Shown here one piece after another: positions 19,749 to 27,912 of a stretch of DNA of 37,522 bases. A program made the translations under genes and the position numbers. This stretch comes from a virus (lineage: Duplodnaviria; Heunggongvirae; Uroviricota; Caudoviricetes), in the IMG/VR virus record IMGVR_UViG_3300029068_000003; one strand, given 5' to 3'. How positions within the stretch are numbered: position 1 is the stretch's first letter; the number at the start of each line of letters is the position of its first letter. The notes under the pieces are model-generated. The model saw nothing but the letters and a program-made list of their open reading frames with translations, was not told the origin of the DNA and did not search any database.

Positions 19749-20025
19749 CCGCAACAGCCACTTTGATATCTTTCTGGGTTCTCTGTGACTCCAGTGCGAT
19801 CTGCTGTTTTGCATGCTGGTTAACCTCTATAACTGTATTGACGATTTGCAGTGATTGCAGGACGTTACGGGTAATGGCTGTTGCAGATTCAGCATTTTGT
19901 ACAGCCTCATCAGCACGTTTCTTTTCGTGCTGATATTTGCTGTAGTAGTGGTTGGCAGACCAGATGAAAGAACCGATGACAGTAAAGAAGAATGCAGCGA
20001 TAACCAGCTTATAGCTCAACTTCAT
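19645..20025 (-). CDS. i-spanin (Rz-like)
   Basis: 126 aa ORF with ATG start, N-terminal TM segment then charged coiled-coil-like region; directly downstream of the endolysin. Confidence 0.6.
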   Translation of the reverse strand: MKLSYKLVIAAFFFTVIGSFIWSANHYYSKYQHEKKRADEAVQNAESATAITRNVLQSLQIVNTVIEVNQHAKQQIALESQRTQKDIKVAVADDGCAARLVPAAAAERLRKYADSLREHSGYNITD

Positions 20026-20485
20026 TTACCACCCCACCAGCCTCTTTAAATCGGGCAATCAGGTCACCGATTTTATGTTCATACTGACCGTAACCTGCAC
20101 CAGGTAATGACGCCCAGATATTGCTGCAACGGTCGATTGCCTGACGAATATTGCCACGGTCAATCATCGGTAAAGCGCCACGCTCTTTAATCTGCTGCAG
20201 AGCTACAGCGTCCTGGCTTTCTGGAGAAAAATCTTTCAGGCCAAGCTGTTTACGGTAAGCATCCCACCAGCGTGAAAGAAGCTGGTAACGTCCGGCGGCT
20301 GTTGACTTGAGTTTCGGGTTTAGCGTGACAAGTTTGCGAGGGTGATCGGAGTAATCAGTGAAGAGTTCACCACCGACAATAACGTCATAACCGTGGTTAC
20401 GTGTCGGTTGTCGTCCGTTATCCGTTCCTTCTGACCAAGCCACCATATCAAGGAAAGCTTTACGCTGGGAATTTAGTACCTGCAT
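20009..20485 (-). CDS. Endolysin (lambda R-like lytic transglycosylase)
   Basis: 158 aa; sequence ...QRKAFLDMVAWSEGTDNGRQPTRNHGYDVIVGGELFTDYSDHPRKLVTLNPKLKST... is near-identical over long stretches to lambda R as recalled. Confidence 0.85.
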   Translation of the reverse strand: MQVLNSQRKAFLDMVAWSEGTDNGRQPTRNHGYDVIVGGELFTDYSDHPRKLVTLNPKLKSTAAGRYQLLSRWWDAYRKQLGLKDFSPESQDAVALQQIKERGALPMIDRGNIRQAIDRCSNIWASLPGAGYGQYEHKIGDLIARFKEAGGVVNEVEL

Positions 20486-20488
20486 AAA

Positions 20489-20815
20489 TTACTCCTTAGA
20501 GCCACCAAACTTATTACCGATTACTCTCATTGCAGCCCCACGAATAGCATCGACACCGATCAACCCAACGCCACCACCAATGGCAACAGAAAGCGATTTA
20601 GGCCATCCGACATACTCAAGCGCGGATGCAAAGGTCAACGTCAGAGCACCACAGAGCAAAATCTCAAGCGTTTTTCGTTTCCAGCCCCCACCACCGCCAA
20701 AATAGGCAATGCGCAAACCAGCCATAACGATCGACATAATCACTGCGCCCAGCGGTGTGTCTCCACGCCACCAGCTCTGGACCAACTCCAGCCATGTATT
20801 TGGGTTATGAGGCAT
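20489..20815 (-). CDS. Holin (class I, lambda S-like topology)
   Basis: 108 aa ORF with hydrophobic segments and a charged C-terminus, immediately upstream of the endolysin. Confidence 0.6.
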   Translation of the reverse strand: MPHNPNTWLELVQSWWRGDTPLGAVIMSIVMAGLRIAYFGGGGGWKRKTLEILLCGALTLTFASALEYVGWPKSLSVAIGGGVGLIGVDAIRGAAMRVIGNKFGGSKE

Positions 20816-20952
20816 TTGTAGTTATCTCTCACCTCGCAATACAGGAGGTGCAAATTGAGGGAACATCATGTACCGCAAATCAGAAGCGGAAACGTCAAAG
20901 AAGCCGAGCCAATGGATAACTGCGGGATAGACCAGGCCCAACGAATCCCTAG

Positions 20953-20988
20953 GCCCAAAAACGACAAAACCCGCTCAATGGCGGGTTT
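20953..20988 (-). terminator. Intrinsic terminator upstream of holin (candidate tR'-like site for Q antitermination)
   Basis: Stem aaacccgc/gcgggttt (20967-20974 / 20981-20988) with loop tcaatg; T-rich tract follows on the minus strand (plus 20956-20969 is A-rich). Confidence 0.45.
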
Positions 20989-21022
20989 AAGCTGTGTGGC
21001 GAAGTAACCACTCTTAACACGA

Positions 21023-21063
21023 TATAATACTTTTTGCGTACGCGTTAACTTTTTCTGTAGTAT
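21023..21063 (+). promoter_or_regulatory. Candidate sigma70 promoter(s) for the 21146..22557 cassette
   Basis: Perfect TATAAT at 21023-21028; also TTGCGT (21034-21039), 18-nt spacer, TAGTAT (21058-21063); AAGGA Shine-Dalgarno before ATG 21146. Confidence 0.35.
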
Positions 21064-21145
21064 TTAGTGTAAGATTCTTCACAAGATAGATACTTTGGAG
21101 TACATGATGTAAAGTGCTGTATGCATAAACAGTACAAAGGATATC

Positions 21146-21667
21146 ATGATGAACAAATTAGCACGCTTATTATTAACAGCAAGCTCAATTGCACCTGTTT
21201 GCGCAACTCTATTTTTTATTGGATATGTAAAAGATACGGTTTGGCTGATGCAATATAGCTTATGCGTTGGCATAGCAAGTTGGTTATTAGCAATAGGCCT
21301 GATTCAATATGCTGAGAAACAACTTGAACCTCTGACAAAAAATATTAGTTCAGTTTCTCCCGCTAACAAAGAAGTAACTAATTATTTCTTAAGCTATTTA
21401 TTCCCTCTCCTAGGAACAGACTCTATTGCTGAAAATAAAGCATATGCGTTATTCTTTTATTTGTCATTGTTATTTTACATCAGCTTTTCCGAGAACTATA
21501 ACTTTAACCCAGTATTGTCACTTATCGGTTATAAATTTTACGAAGCTGAAGATGACACCGGCGTAGGTTTTGTATTGATTTCTAAATCAGTCATTACTGA
21601 TATTAAAGATATCAAATTTACAGTTATTCAATTAACAGACTACACATTTCTACATGTTAAAGGATAA
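21146..21667 (+). CDS. Small integral membrane protein with about 4 TM helices (KwaA-like architecture, unverified)
   Basis: 173 aa AT-rich ORF with hydrophobic segments (LLLTASSIAPVCATLFFIGYV; WLMQYSLCVGIASWLLAIGLIQYA; YALFFYLSLLFYISF); opposite strand to flanking Q and lysis genes. Confidence 0.55.
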   Translation: MMNKLARLLLTASSIAPVCATLFFIGYVKDTVWLMQYSLCVGIASWLLAIGLIQYAEKQLEPLTKNISSVSPANKEVTNYFLSYLFPLLGTDSIAENKAYALFFYLSLLFYISFSENYNFNPVLSLIGYKFYEAEDDTGVGFVLISKSVITDIKDIKFTVIQLTDYTFLHVKG

Positions 21668-21672
21668 TAACC

Positions 21673-22557
21673 ATGGCACTTTTTGCAGTAATAGATAATA
21701 CAATTGCAACGAGAATTGTTAGAGTCGAACTTGATGCAACAGCAAGTACTTCTGTTACGGCCATTTTCCAACAACAGCGTCAATATTTTGAAAGTCATCA
21801 TAACAATATGATACCATTCTATGCCGGTTATACACCAAAACATAGTGAGTGTTTTGAAATACAAAACTTTACTGATTCTGCACGCCTGATTGACGCAGTC
21901 AATAGGCCTACCGCCGTGCCTGTCTGGGATCCCAGCCAAATTGATATTGGTTATATTAAAGCATTATTTGTTGGTGTTGACGCGCCAGCAAACCCCAATA
22001 TTATTGCGCTACAAACCTTCAACAAAAAACAAATCTTAGATACCTCAAAATCATTCTTTGGAAAGCTTTTTGCAAGCAAAACTACCTTTAGTAAAGCTAA
22101 TAGCATCGGTTTTAATGTTGATGATAAACTAGTTGCAATAATTATCAATGATACAATACGATTTAAGAGTTTCTTTAATCTAAGAAGCATTTTTGACATG
22201 TCGTCCTATTTTTCTGCTGCTACTGACCAAGAACTTAATGCATTTAGTCAACTTAGTGTATTTTCTACTCCCCAAGGTTTTGATCTAAAATCCGTTGCAG
22301 ATACAGTGATAAGAAATAAAGTAACACTAATAAATCAGACTGGGATGCTAACACCCCAAAATATGTCAAAGTTTAAATCCGAAGCTGCTAAAGTCAATTT
22401 CCCCTTACAAACCATAATAGTTGGCGGTGTTGAGAAAATTGTCATGCCTTCATCAAAAAAAGAAATAAAAGCCCTTCTTGACTTTCTTGAGGAAGACATT
22501 TGGATTTCAGGGATAAGTGGAAGACGCTTTAAATCGAATTCAAAGCGCCCAATATAA
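21673..22557 (+). CDS. Soluble partner protein of the membrane protein (KwaB-like size, unverified)
   Basis: 294 aa AT-rich ORF starting 5 nt after the upstream stop, with an SD overlapping the upstream gene end (operon); no recognisable catalytic motif. Confidence 0.55.
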   Translation: MALFAVIDNTIATRIVRVELDATASTSVTAIFQQQRQYFESHHNNMIPFYAGYTPKHSECFEIQNFTDSARLIDAVNRPTAVPVWDPSQIDIGYIKALFVGVDAPANPNIIALQTFNKKQILDTSKSFFGKLFASKTTFSKANSIGFNVDDKLVAIIINDTIRFKSFFNLRSIFDMSSYFSAATDQELNAFSQLSVFSTPQGFDLKSVADTVIRNKVTLINQTGMLTPQNMSKFKSEAAKVNFPLQTIIVGGVEKIVMPSSKKEIKALLDFLEEDIWISGISGRRFKSNSKRPI

Positions 22558-22578
22558 CTAGAAGACAGTTAAGAATAG

Positions 22579-22926
22579 TTAACAGGCAAGAGTGCAAACA
22601 ATGCCTTCAATGAAACCAAGCGATGTTTGCAACTCTTTCCTGATAGTCCCATCCGAACACTTTCTCTTCTTAGCAATGGCTCGCAATGAAATCCCTACCA
22701 CAAAATGGGCTATAACTAATTCATACTCTTCTGGTTTGTACTTTCTTAATCTAGCTACGCACCCATCGATCATGAGCCCCTCATCATCATCACACTGAAT
22801 CCGGGACTTTTTGCCATGAGGTAAAAGCCCCTTGAAGCCAGCGGCTACCGGTTGCCAGTCCACTCCGCTATTGTCTGAAGCAGCCCAAGCTCCCCAACGA
22901 TCCATCACTTCATACATATCACGCAT
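22579..22926 (-). CDS. Late-gene antiterminator Q (QuuD-like family)
   Basis: Motifs ...DRWGAWAA...AAGFKGL...CDDD...CSDG... match the small Q family as recalled; ORF-track start is TTG at 22941; in-frame ATG at 22926 has GGAG upstream. Confidence 0.65.
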   Translation of the reverse strand: MRDMYEVMDRWGAWAASDNSGVDWQPVAAGFKGLLPHGKKSRIQCDDDEGLMIDGCVARLRKYKPEEYELVIAHFVVGISLRAIAKKRKCSDGTIRKELQTSLGFIEGIVCTLAC

Positions 22927-22943
22927 CAACTTTCTCCACAAAA

Positions 22944-23939
22944 TCAGGCCAGCACGCCAATTGCCAGCGCACGATCGATAAAACGAAATATCAGCTCCAG
23001 CTGGGAGCCATACTTCTCTTCAAATGCCACGGTATCCGCATGCAGCTCGTCGTGATGCTTTCTGCACAAAGGCAACACAAAGAGGTCATGCGCTTTTGTA
23101 CCCATCCCACCCTGACCGTGGCCTATCAAGTGGTGGGGATCATCAGCAGGCTTTCCACAACATGCACACGGCTGTGTCTTAACCCAGCGCGTGTACTTTT
23201 CATTAACCCAGCGGCGACGTTTTGGGCGTAACATAAAAGACTCCGGCGACTCCGGATCCACTTTCAGCGCCAGCACCTTTTTCGCCTTATCCTGGATGAT
23301 GCTGGTGGCAGGAACCGAAGGCACAAGGTCACTTTCCCGGGTAACAGACGGCACAACAGGCTTCGGTAATCTCAGTGCCTTACGGGCTGCACTTTCCGGT
23401 AAGGCATCCGCCAGATCATTACGAATCAGCCACCAGCACAGTTCCGGCATTGTCACAACGTGACTGTCATCAAAACCGAGATCCCGACGCACAACAGACA
23501 ACACCCAGCGGGCACAGTTATCCGTTGCCATTGATTCCAGCCGTTCCGTGAACTGATCGCGCAGCTGGTTATCGCAGTGCCAGCACAGACGGATTGCGCC
23601 CGGAGCGTGTCGCATTGTGGTCATGTTCTCGCTGTGCCAGTCGGAATGAGGCCACTGGCAGCCTTTTTCACGAAGTAACCAGCTTTCAAGACATTCCACG
23701 CCACCAGCACGACGGATCACTGCCTCATTGCGGAACACGGCCTGAACGGCAGGATCATCCGCCAGCGGTTGTGATGCCGCCGGAACGGCACCACTGGCGA
23801 AAGATGAATAACGTTCCGGCTCAGGCTCCAGCAGGACACGCCCCTGCATAAACAGGGGCATCAGCTCTGAACCTGGTCTGAACAATACGATCCCCATACG
23901 CGGGGCAATTTCAGGGGTCAGTAGTGCTCTCACGGTCAC
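22944..23939 (-). CDS. DUF968-family protein (YdfU-like) with C-terminal HNH/Ref-like Cys/His motif
   Basis: 331 aa; C-terminus ...CACCGKPADDPHHLIGHGQGGMGTKAHDLFVLPLCRKHHDELH; GTG start one nt after the upstream stop; nin-like position. Confidence 0.55.
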   Translation of the reverse strand: MTVRALLTPEIAPRMGIVLFRPGSELMPLFMQGRVLLEPEPERYSSFASGAVPAASQPLADDPAVQAVFRNEAVIRRAGGVECLESWLLREKGCQWPHSDWHSENMTTMRHAPGAIRLCWHCDNQLRDQFTERLESMATDNCARWVLSVVRRDLGFDDSHVVTMPELCWWLIRNDLADALPESAARKALRLPKPVVPSVTRESDLVPSVPATSIIQDKAKKVLALKVDPESPESFMLRPKRRRWVNEKYTRWVKTQPCACCGKPADDPHHLIGHGQGGMGTKAHDLFVLPLCRKHHDELHADTVAFEEKYGSQLELIFRFIDRALAIGVLA

Positions 23940-23940
23940 C

Positions 23941-24750
23941 TCAATGAACGGTATCGAGCAGCTTTAACAGCTCAGGGAATCGGGATTCGAAGAAGTGCGG
24001 CTGCGTCTCGCGCGGATTTGCGGGACTGGTGATGTTCTTGCCGAACATGCAGCCTTTCGCTGTCAGCGACCAGAATTTTTTGATGTTGTTAATCGCGGTA
24101 CGGCTGTATCGTTCGCGCTGCTCGACGATCCCCAGTTTCACCATCTGGTGATATGCCTGATTAGCTGTTAGGCGGATACCATACTGCTTCAGCAGTGCAC
24201 TCAGTGACAGCGTGGGGCGGCTTGAGCCATCAGGCGCGTCAGCAGGAGCATCAATGGCATAGCGCGGTGCCAAATTCGGTAAGCCAACAGCCTCCTGGAG
24301 TTTCTGACAGGCACCAAGCACTGAAGAGTTAGACAGGTTTAACTCCCGGCGCATAAAGTCCAGCAGGATCACGCCAGCCTGCATCTTGTCAGCAGCCTGC
24401 CCGGATAATTTTTCCGGTGTGCTGGTTACCATATCGAAAGTACGGATCACCTTCAGATGGAATGACGGGCTGATCCACATTGCATAGGCATACACCAGTT
24501 CTTTGCAGACATACGTTCCCTGGTTATTTCCGCCATTAATGACGCTAACTGGTTGATTTTGTTCCAGAGGCGGAATTCCACCCTCGGTGAAAAGTTGTTC
24601 AATCAATTCACAGGTTTGCTTATTGGAGAGCCAGTATTTCGGGCGGTTTTTTTGTTCTCCCCCGGCTGCCCTGTGCAGATCGTTCAGGCTGTAACGCCCA
24701 TAAGCATCACGACGAACTTCAATACCATCAATGACCATCAGATTATTCAT
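23941..24750 (-). CDS. KilA-N domain protein (antirepressor-like)
   Basis: 269 aa; N-terminus MNNLMVIDGIEVRRDAYGRYSLNDLHRAAGGEQKNRPKYWL resembles KilA-N/Bro-N domains. Confidence 0.5.
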   Translation of the reverse strand: MNNLMVIDGIEVRRDAYGRYSLNDLHRAAGGEQKNRPKYWLSNKQTCELIEQLFTEGGIPPLEQNQPVSVINGGNNQGTYVCKELVYAYAMWISPSFHLKVIRTFDMVTSTPEKLSGQAADKMQAGVILLDFMRRELNLSNSSVLGACQKLQEAVGLPNLAPRYAIDAPADAPDGSSRPTLSLSALLKQYGIRLTANQAYHQMVKLGIVEQRERYSRTAINNIKKFWSLTAKGCMFGKNITSPANPRETQPHFFESRFPELLKLLDTVH

Positions 24751-24769
24751 ACTTCGTTTCTCCTCTTAA

Positions 24770-25159
24770 TCAGGCGGCTGCACCCGCCGTTTTCTCGTAC
24801 TTACTGATAGTGATCTCGACCTTCCCTCCCGGGATAACCGGTCCCCACTCCACCAGCATTCTTTTCACCTGACTGTCGTCTTCCCACACACCCGCGTGGG
24901 TCAGGGCGTCAAACAGCGCCTTGTTATAGTTGTCCAGATCGCGGATCCGGTTATCCGGAGGAAACAACACGATCTCCACTGAAGCAGGTGCCGACGTTGG
25001 TTTCGGCAGACGACGTAACTGCTCAACTATTGCTGCGCACGCCGCGCTCTGGAATTTTCGCCCCGCCGCGCTTATCAGACTCTTACCAGCAAACGCCCCT
25101 TTGTTGGGGTGTCGCCAGTACGTGTTCACGCTGGGCGGGAAAGGCAAGATCAGCTTCAT
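24770..25159 (-). CDS. rusA: Holliday junction resolvase RusA
   Basis: 129 aa; PPSVNTYWRH...RDLDNYNKALFDALTHAGVWEDDSQV aligns with E. coli RusA (PPSNNRYYRH...[26 protein letters not shown]). Confidence 0.8.
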   Translation of the reverse strand: MKLILPFPPSVNTYWRHPNKGAFAGKSLISAAGRKFQSAACAAIVEQLRRLPKPTSAPASVEIVLFPPDNRIRDLDNYNKALFDALTHAGVWEDDSQVKRMLVEWGPVIPGGKVEITISKYEKTAGAAA

Positions 25160-25482
25160 ACTTTCAGGCCTCTCTCATGTAACCAGTGGGCTGCACGCAG
25201 CCTGGCGTTTTCCTCACCGGCAAGCAGTGCGCGGATAATCCCGACCGCCTCGCTGTCGTCGTCCTTCACCGCGGTATGAAGCGTTATCCCCCGGGCCACG
25301 CCACGCTTTATCGTGATGACGCCTTTTTTCTCCAGTGCACGAAGATGCTCTACCGCTGCATTCACTGAACGGTATCCCAGCATGGTTGCCACCTCCTGAT
25401 TGGTTGGCGGAAAGCCACGCTCTTTCTGGTAAGAAATCAGCATATCCAGCACCTGCTGCTGGCATTGAGTTAACGTCGTCAT
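25156..25482 (-). CDS. LexA N-terminal DNA-binding-domain-like protein (wHTH), function unknown
   Basis: 108 aa; LTQCQQQVLDMLISYQKERGFPPTNQEVATMLGYRSVNAAVEHLRALEKKGVI resembles the LexA DNA-binding domain; ATGA overlap with the upstream gene. Confidence 0.45.
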   Translation of the reverse strand: MTTLTQCQQQVLDMLISYQKERGFPPTNQEVATMLGYRSVNAAVEHLRALEKKGVITIKRGVARGITLHTAVKDDDSEAVGIIRALLAGEENARLRAAHWLHERGLKV

Positions 25483-26165
25483 GCCGCCATCTCCCTGACC
25501 AGTTTTTCCGCCTGCTGGCGAACCTGCACCAGAAAGGCTTCACCACATGCCTCAAGTTCATCGCGCCCGATGTAGCTGATTGCCGGTCCCTTCCAGGTCT
25601 TGTCGAAAACAGCAATAGCACCAGCGAAGAAAGCGCCTGTCGGCACCTGCTTCTCATCCTTCGGGATAAACCAGGCAGGCAGTTCAAAACCAATACGCCC
25701 GCGAATAAAAGCAATATGGTCCGCATCTTCCGGCCACCACACTTCGCTGGTGGCAGCTTTGATCAGGAAAACATAGCGCCCGCCCTTATCACGCATGGCA
25801 CTGGCATGTTTCATGATGTAACGCATGCCGGTGATGTATTGCCCCTCATGCTGACTGGCGCGGCTGTATGGGGGATTACCAAAGGCAGCACCTTTAAGCT
25901 CCGCAAGACGTTCTGACCAGTCATGCGCCAGCGCGTTATCTTCCGCCGTGTAATACGCGGCACATTTGGCGTTATCACCGTCAGTAAACAGATCCAGAAC
26001 AAACGGGCCAAACAGGGTGTTAATTCCCCAGAAAATGTTGTCCGGCGTGCGCCACTGATCGCCCACTTCCTTCAGTTCATGGGCTGGTTTGTTCCGCAGT
26101 TCCACCAGCGCCTGGCAATATTTATTACTCATTAAGCCCCCACGTAATTCCCTGACAGATACCAC
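25479..26165 (-). CDS. Phage N6-adenine DNA methyltransferase (Dam-like)
   Basis: 228 aa with catalytic NPPY motif (AAFGNPPYSRA); ORF-track start is GTG; alternative in-frame ATG at 26132. Confidence 0.7.
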   Translation of the reverse strand: MVSVRELRGGLMSNKYCQALVELRNKPAHELKEVGDQWRTPDNIFWGINTLFGPFVLDLFTDGDNAKCAAYYTAEDNALAHDWSERLAELKGAAFGNPPYSRASQHEGQYITGMRYIMKHASAMRDKGGRYVFLIKAATSEVWWPEDADHIAFIRGRIGFELPAWFIPKDEKQVPTGAFFAGAIAVFDKTWKGPAISYIGRDELEACGEAFLVQVRQQAEKLVREMAA

Positions 26166-26620
26166 TCTTCACCCGATGCAGCGCGCTTGCTGCTTTTCCG
26201 TAAGCACCGCTCACGACGCGCCAGAAAATTGTTTCGTTCTGGCTGGGAGTGGCTTTCACGGAATGCCGCCATCCACACGGTTGCAGCACGACGGTATAAG
26301 CCCCTGGACTCCAGTTCTTCAGCCTGGCGGGTCAGGCACAAAATCACCCGTGGATCGTTAGTGCCGATATAGAAATTGCGCACAGGTCTGGTTTCTCGAA
26401 CTGGTTGTGGTTCCGGTTCCTGCGCTCTCTCAGTCAGGCGCGGGAAATGTCTGCGTGTATCTCCTTCACAACGGTGAGCCACACGCCCACTCTGACGTAA
26501 CTTGCTTGCTGACTGCAGAACGCGCTGCCGTGAGTAACCTGCAAAAGCATCCGCAATGTCTCCGGAAGTACATCCCGGATGGGCTTCAATGAATTTCTGA
26601 ACTTCATTCAAAAGACTCAT
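26132..26620 (-). CDS. Hypothetical protein (possible wHTH regulator)
   Basis: ORF-track start is GTG at 26626; in-frame ATG at 26620 with GGGGG upstream; coupled to the replication gene stop. Confidence 0.4.
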   Translation of the reverse strand: MSLLNEVQKFIEAHPGCTSGDIADAFAGYSRQRVLQSASKLRQSGRVAHRCEGDTRRHFPRLTERAQEPEPQPVRETRPVRNFYIGTNDPRVILCLTRQAEELESRGLYRRAATVWMAAFRESHSQPERNNFLARRERCLRKSSKRAASGEEWYLSGNYVGA

Positions 26621-26622
26621 GA

Positions 26623-27564
26623 TCACCCCCTGAATCCTGCCGGGATCTGGCTGTAGTCCACGTTGTCGTAACTGGATTTGAAGTACGGGTCTTCGCGTTT
26701 TTCGGTGTACGTGCTGACGGACGGTGATAAGCGCAGGGAAAGCTCATCCCATTTTTCCCGCAACTTCGACGGGCTGAGCACGTTACGGCACCAGAACGGA
26801 TCGCGGCTGACGCGGCTGTACATCTCGCAGATTTGTTTGTGAGTACGACCATCCTGCACACACATCAGGCGAATTTCGTTTGCCCAGGCTGTCCAGTTCG
26901 GTTCTTTGGGACGAACCACCTCGCCGTCACATTCGGCGGCTTGCTCGTACAGGGCGATGATTTTTTTCCAGAGCCACTGTGCGCAGGTCAAATCATCCTG
27001 CGTTCCCCACTGGCGCTTTTTAGGGCTGAATACAACCGCATCAGGATGGCGAGTTAAAAAATCCTGTTCATCCGTCTGCGTGTCCGGTTGCGAAGCGTCC
27101 GGACGAGAAGGTTTTTTATCTGACGGATCATGTTTTGATTTTACTGACGGATCCCCGCCAGATTCTGACGGATGAAAACCCGCTTTTTTGCCAGATTTCG
27201 ACGCATCAAATTTTGACGGGTCAGATTTTGATGCGTCAGATTTTGACGGGTCAGAATCTGACAGTTGAGAAAATGCCGCTGCCTGAAGCTTCGCAACGTT
27301 AAGCTGATAAACATTCGACGCATTGCGGTTACCCTGGCGACGCGCCTTACGCGTTAACCAGCCTTCTGCTTCCAGCCGTGCGATAGCCGTCCTGACGGTA
27401 CTCATCCCCGCGCCAATCTGACGGGCAATGGTTTCAATTGATGGCCAGCACACACCTTCGTCATTACTGAAATCAGCCAGGCGGGCCATAATTGCCACGC
27501 TGGATAATTTCATGCCTGATGCAGCGCAACCATCCCATACATAGCCGGTTAATTTAGTGCTCAT
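26623..27564 (-). CDS. Replication initiator protein (HTH N-terminus, low-complexity linker encoded by iterons)
   Basis: 313 aa; N-terminal wHTH-like region; Ser/Asp/Lys-rich repeat segment (SDSDPSKSDASKSDPSKFDASKSG) encoded by DNA direct repeats; position equivalent to lambda O. Confidence 0.6.
   Translation of the reverse strand: MSTKLTGYVWDGCAASGMKLSSVAIMARLADFSNDEGVCWPSIETIARQIGAGMSTVRTAIARLEAEGWLTRKARRQGNRNASNVYQLNVAKLQAAAFSQLSDSDPSKSDASKSDPSKFDASKSGKKAGFHPSESGGDPSVKSKHDPSDKKPSRPDASQPDTQTDEQDFLTRHPDAVVFSPKKRQWGTQDDLTCAQWLWKKIIALYEQAAECDGEVVRPKEPNWTAWANEIRLMCVQDGRTHKQICEMYSRVSRDPFWCRNVLSPSKLREKWDELSLRLSPSVSTYTEKREDPYFKSSYDNVDYSQIPAGFRG
27112..27264. repeat. Iteron array (candidate replication origin) inside the initiator gene
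   Basis: About 8 direct repeats of a TTTTGACGGGTCAGA-like unit, including three contiguous 15-bp copies at 27211-27255 (ttttgacgggtcaga / ttttgatgcgtcaga / ttttgacgggtcaga). Confidence 0.55.
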
Positions 27565-27573
27565 GACCGACCT

Positions 27574-27912
27574 CTATTTCCCTGAATTTACGACGAAACT
27601 GTTCGAGCGGGCTGAAGCACTCATGCTCATAGCCTTCGCGGAGGTAGATAACCCGTTGTGTTTCCGGCTCCCAACGAATGACTCTGACGGGCACTCCGTA
27701 GTGATCTTTGAACCAGCGGTTAACTTGTCGCAAAGGACTGTCTCCTTCTGCCGGTTGAAATCACCCACAGCCCACTCAGCAAAGCTGTGGGTTACAATTT
27801 CCCTGTCACCTGGTACATTAACTGCATAGCAATACTCCACCTTCGCTTTTCCACCCGGTACAGGAAGCGCAATCAGTTGCGAGCGACGGTAGTGTGTTGT
27901 TAAACTGTTCAT
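27574..27912 (-). CDS. Hypothetical protein (reality uncertain)
   Basis: 112 aa ORF whose ATG overlaps the stop of the upstream gene (ATGA); contains a perfect 9-bp inverted repeat (27763-27771 / 27784-27792), so may instead be partly regulatory DNA. Confidence 0.3.
   Translation of the reverse strand: MNSLTTHYRRSQLIALPVPGGKAKVEYCYAVNVPGDREIVTHSFAEWAVGDFNRQKETVLCDKLTAGSKITTECPSESFVGSRKHNGLSTSAKAMSMSASARSNSFVVNSGK

Noticed and set aside
25214-25726. 170 aa minus-strand ORF, Arg/Ser-rich
   Set aside because: Alternative frame overlapping the LexA-DBD-like and Dam methylase genes; composition typical of an out-of-frame artefact
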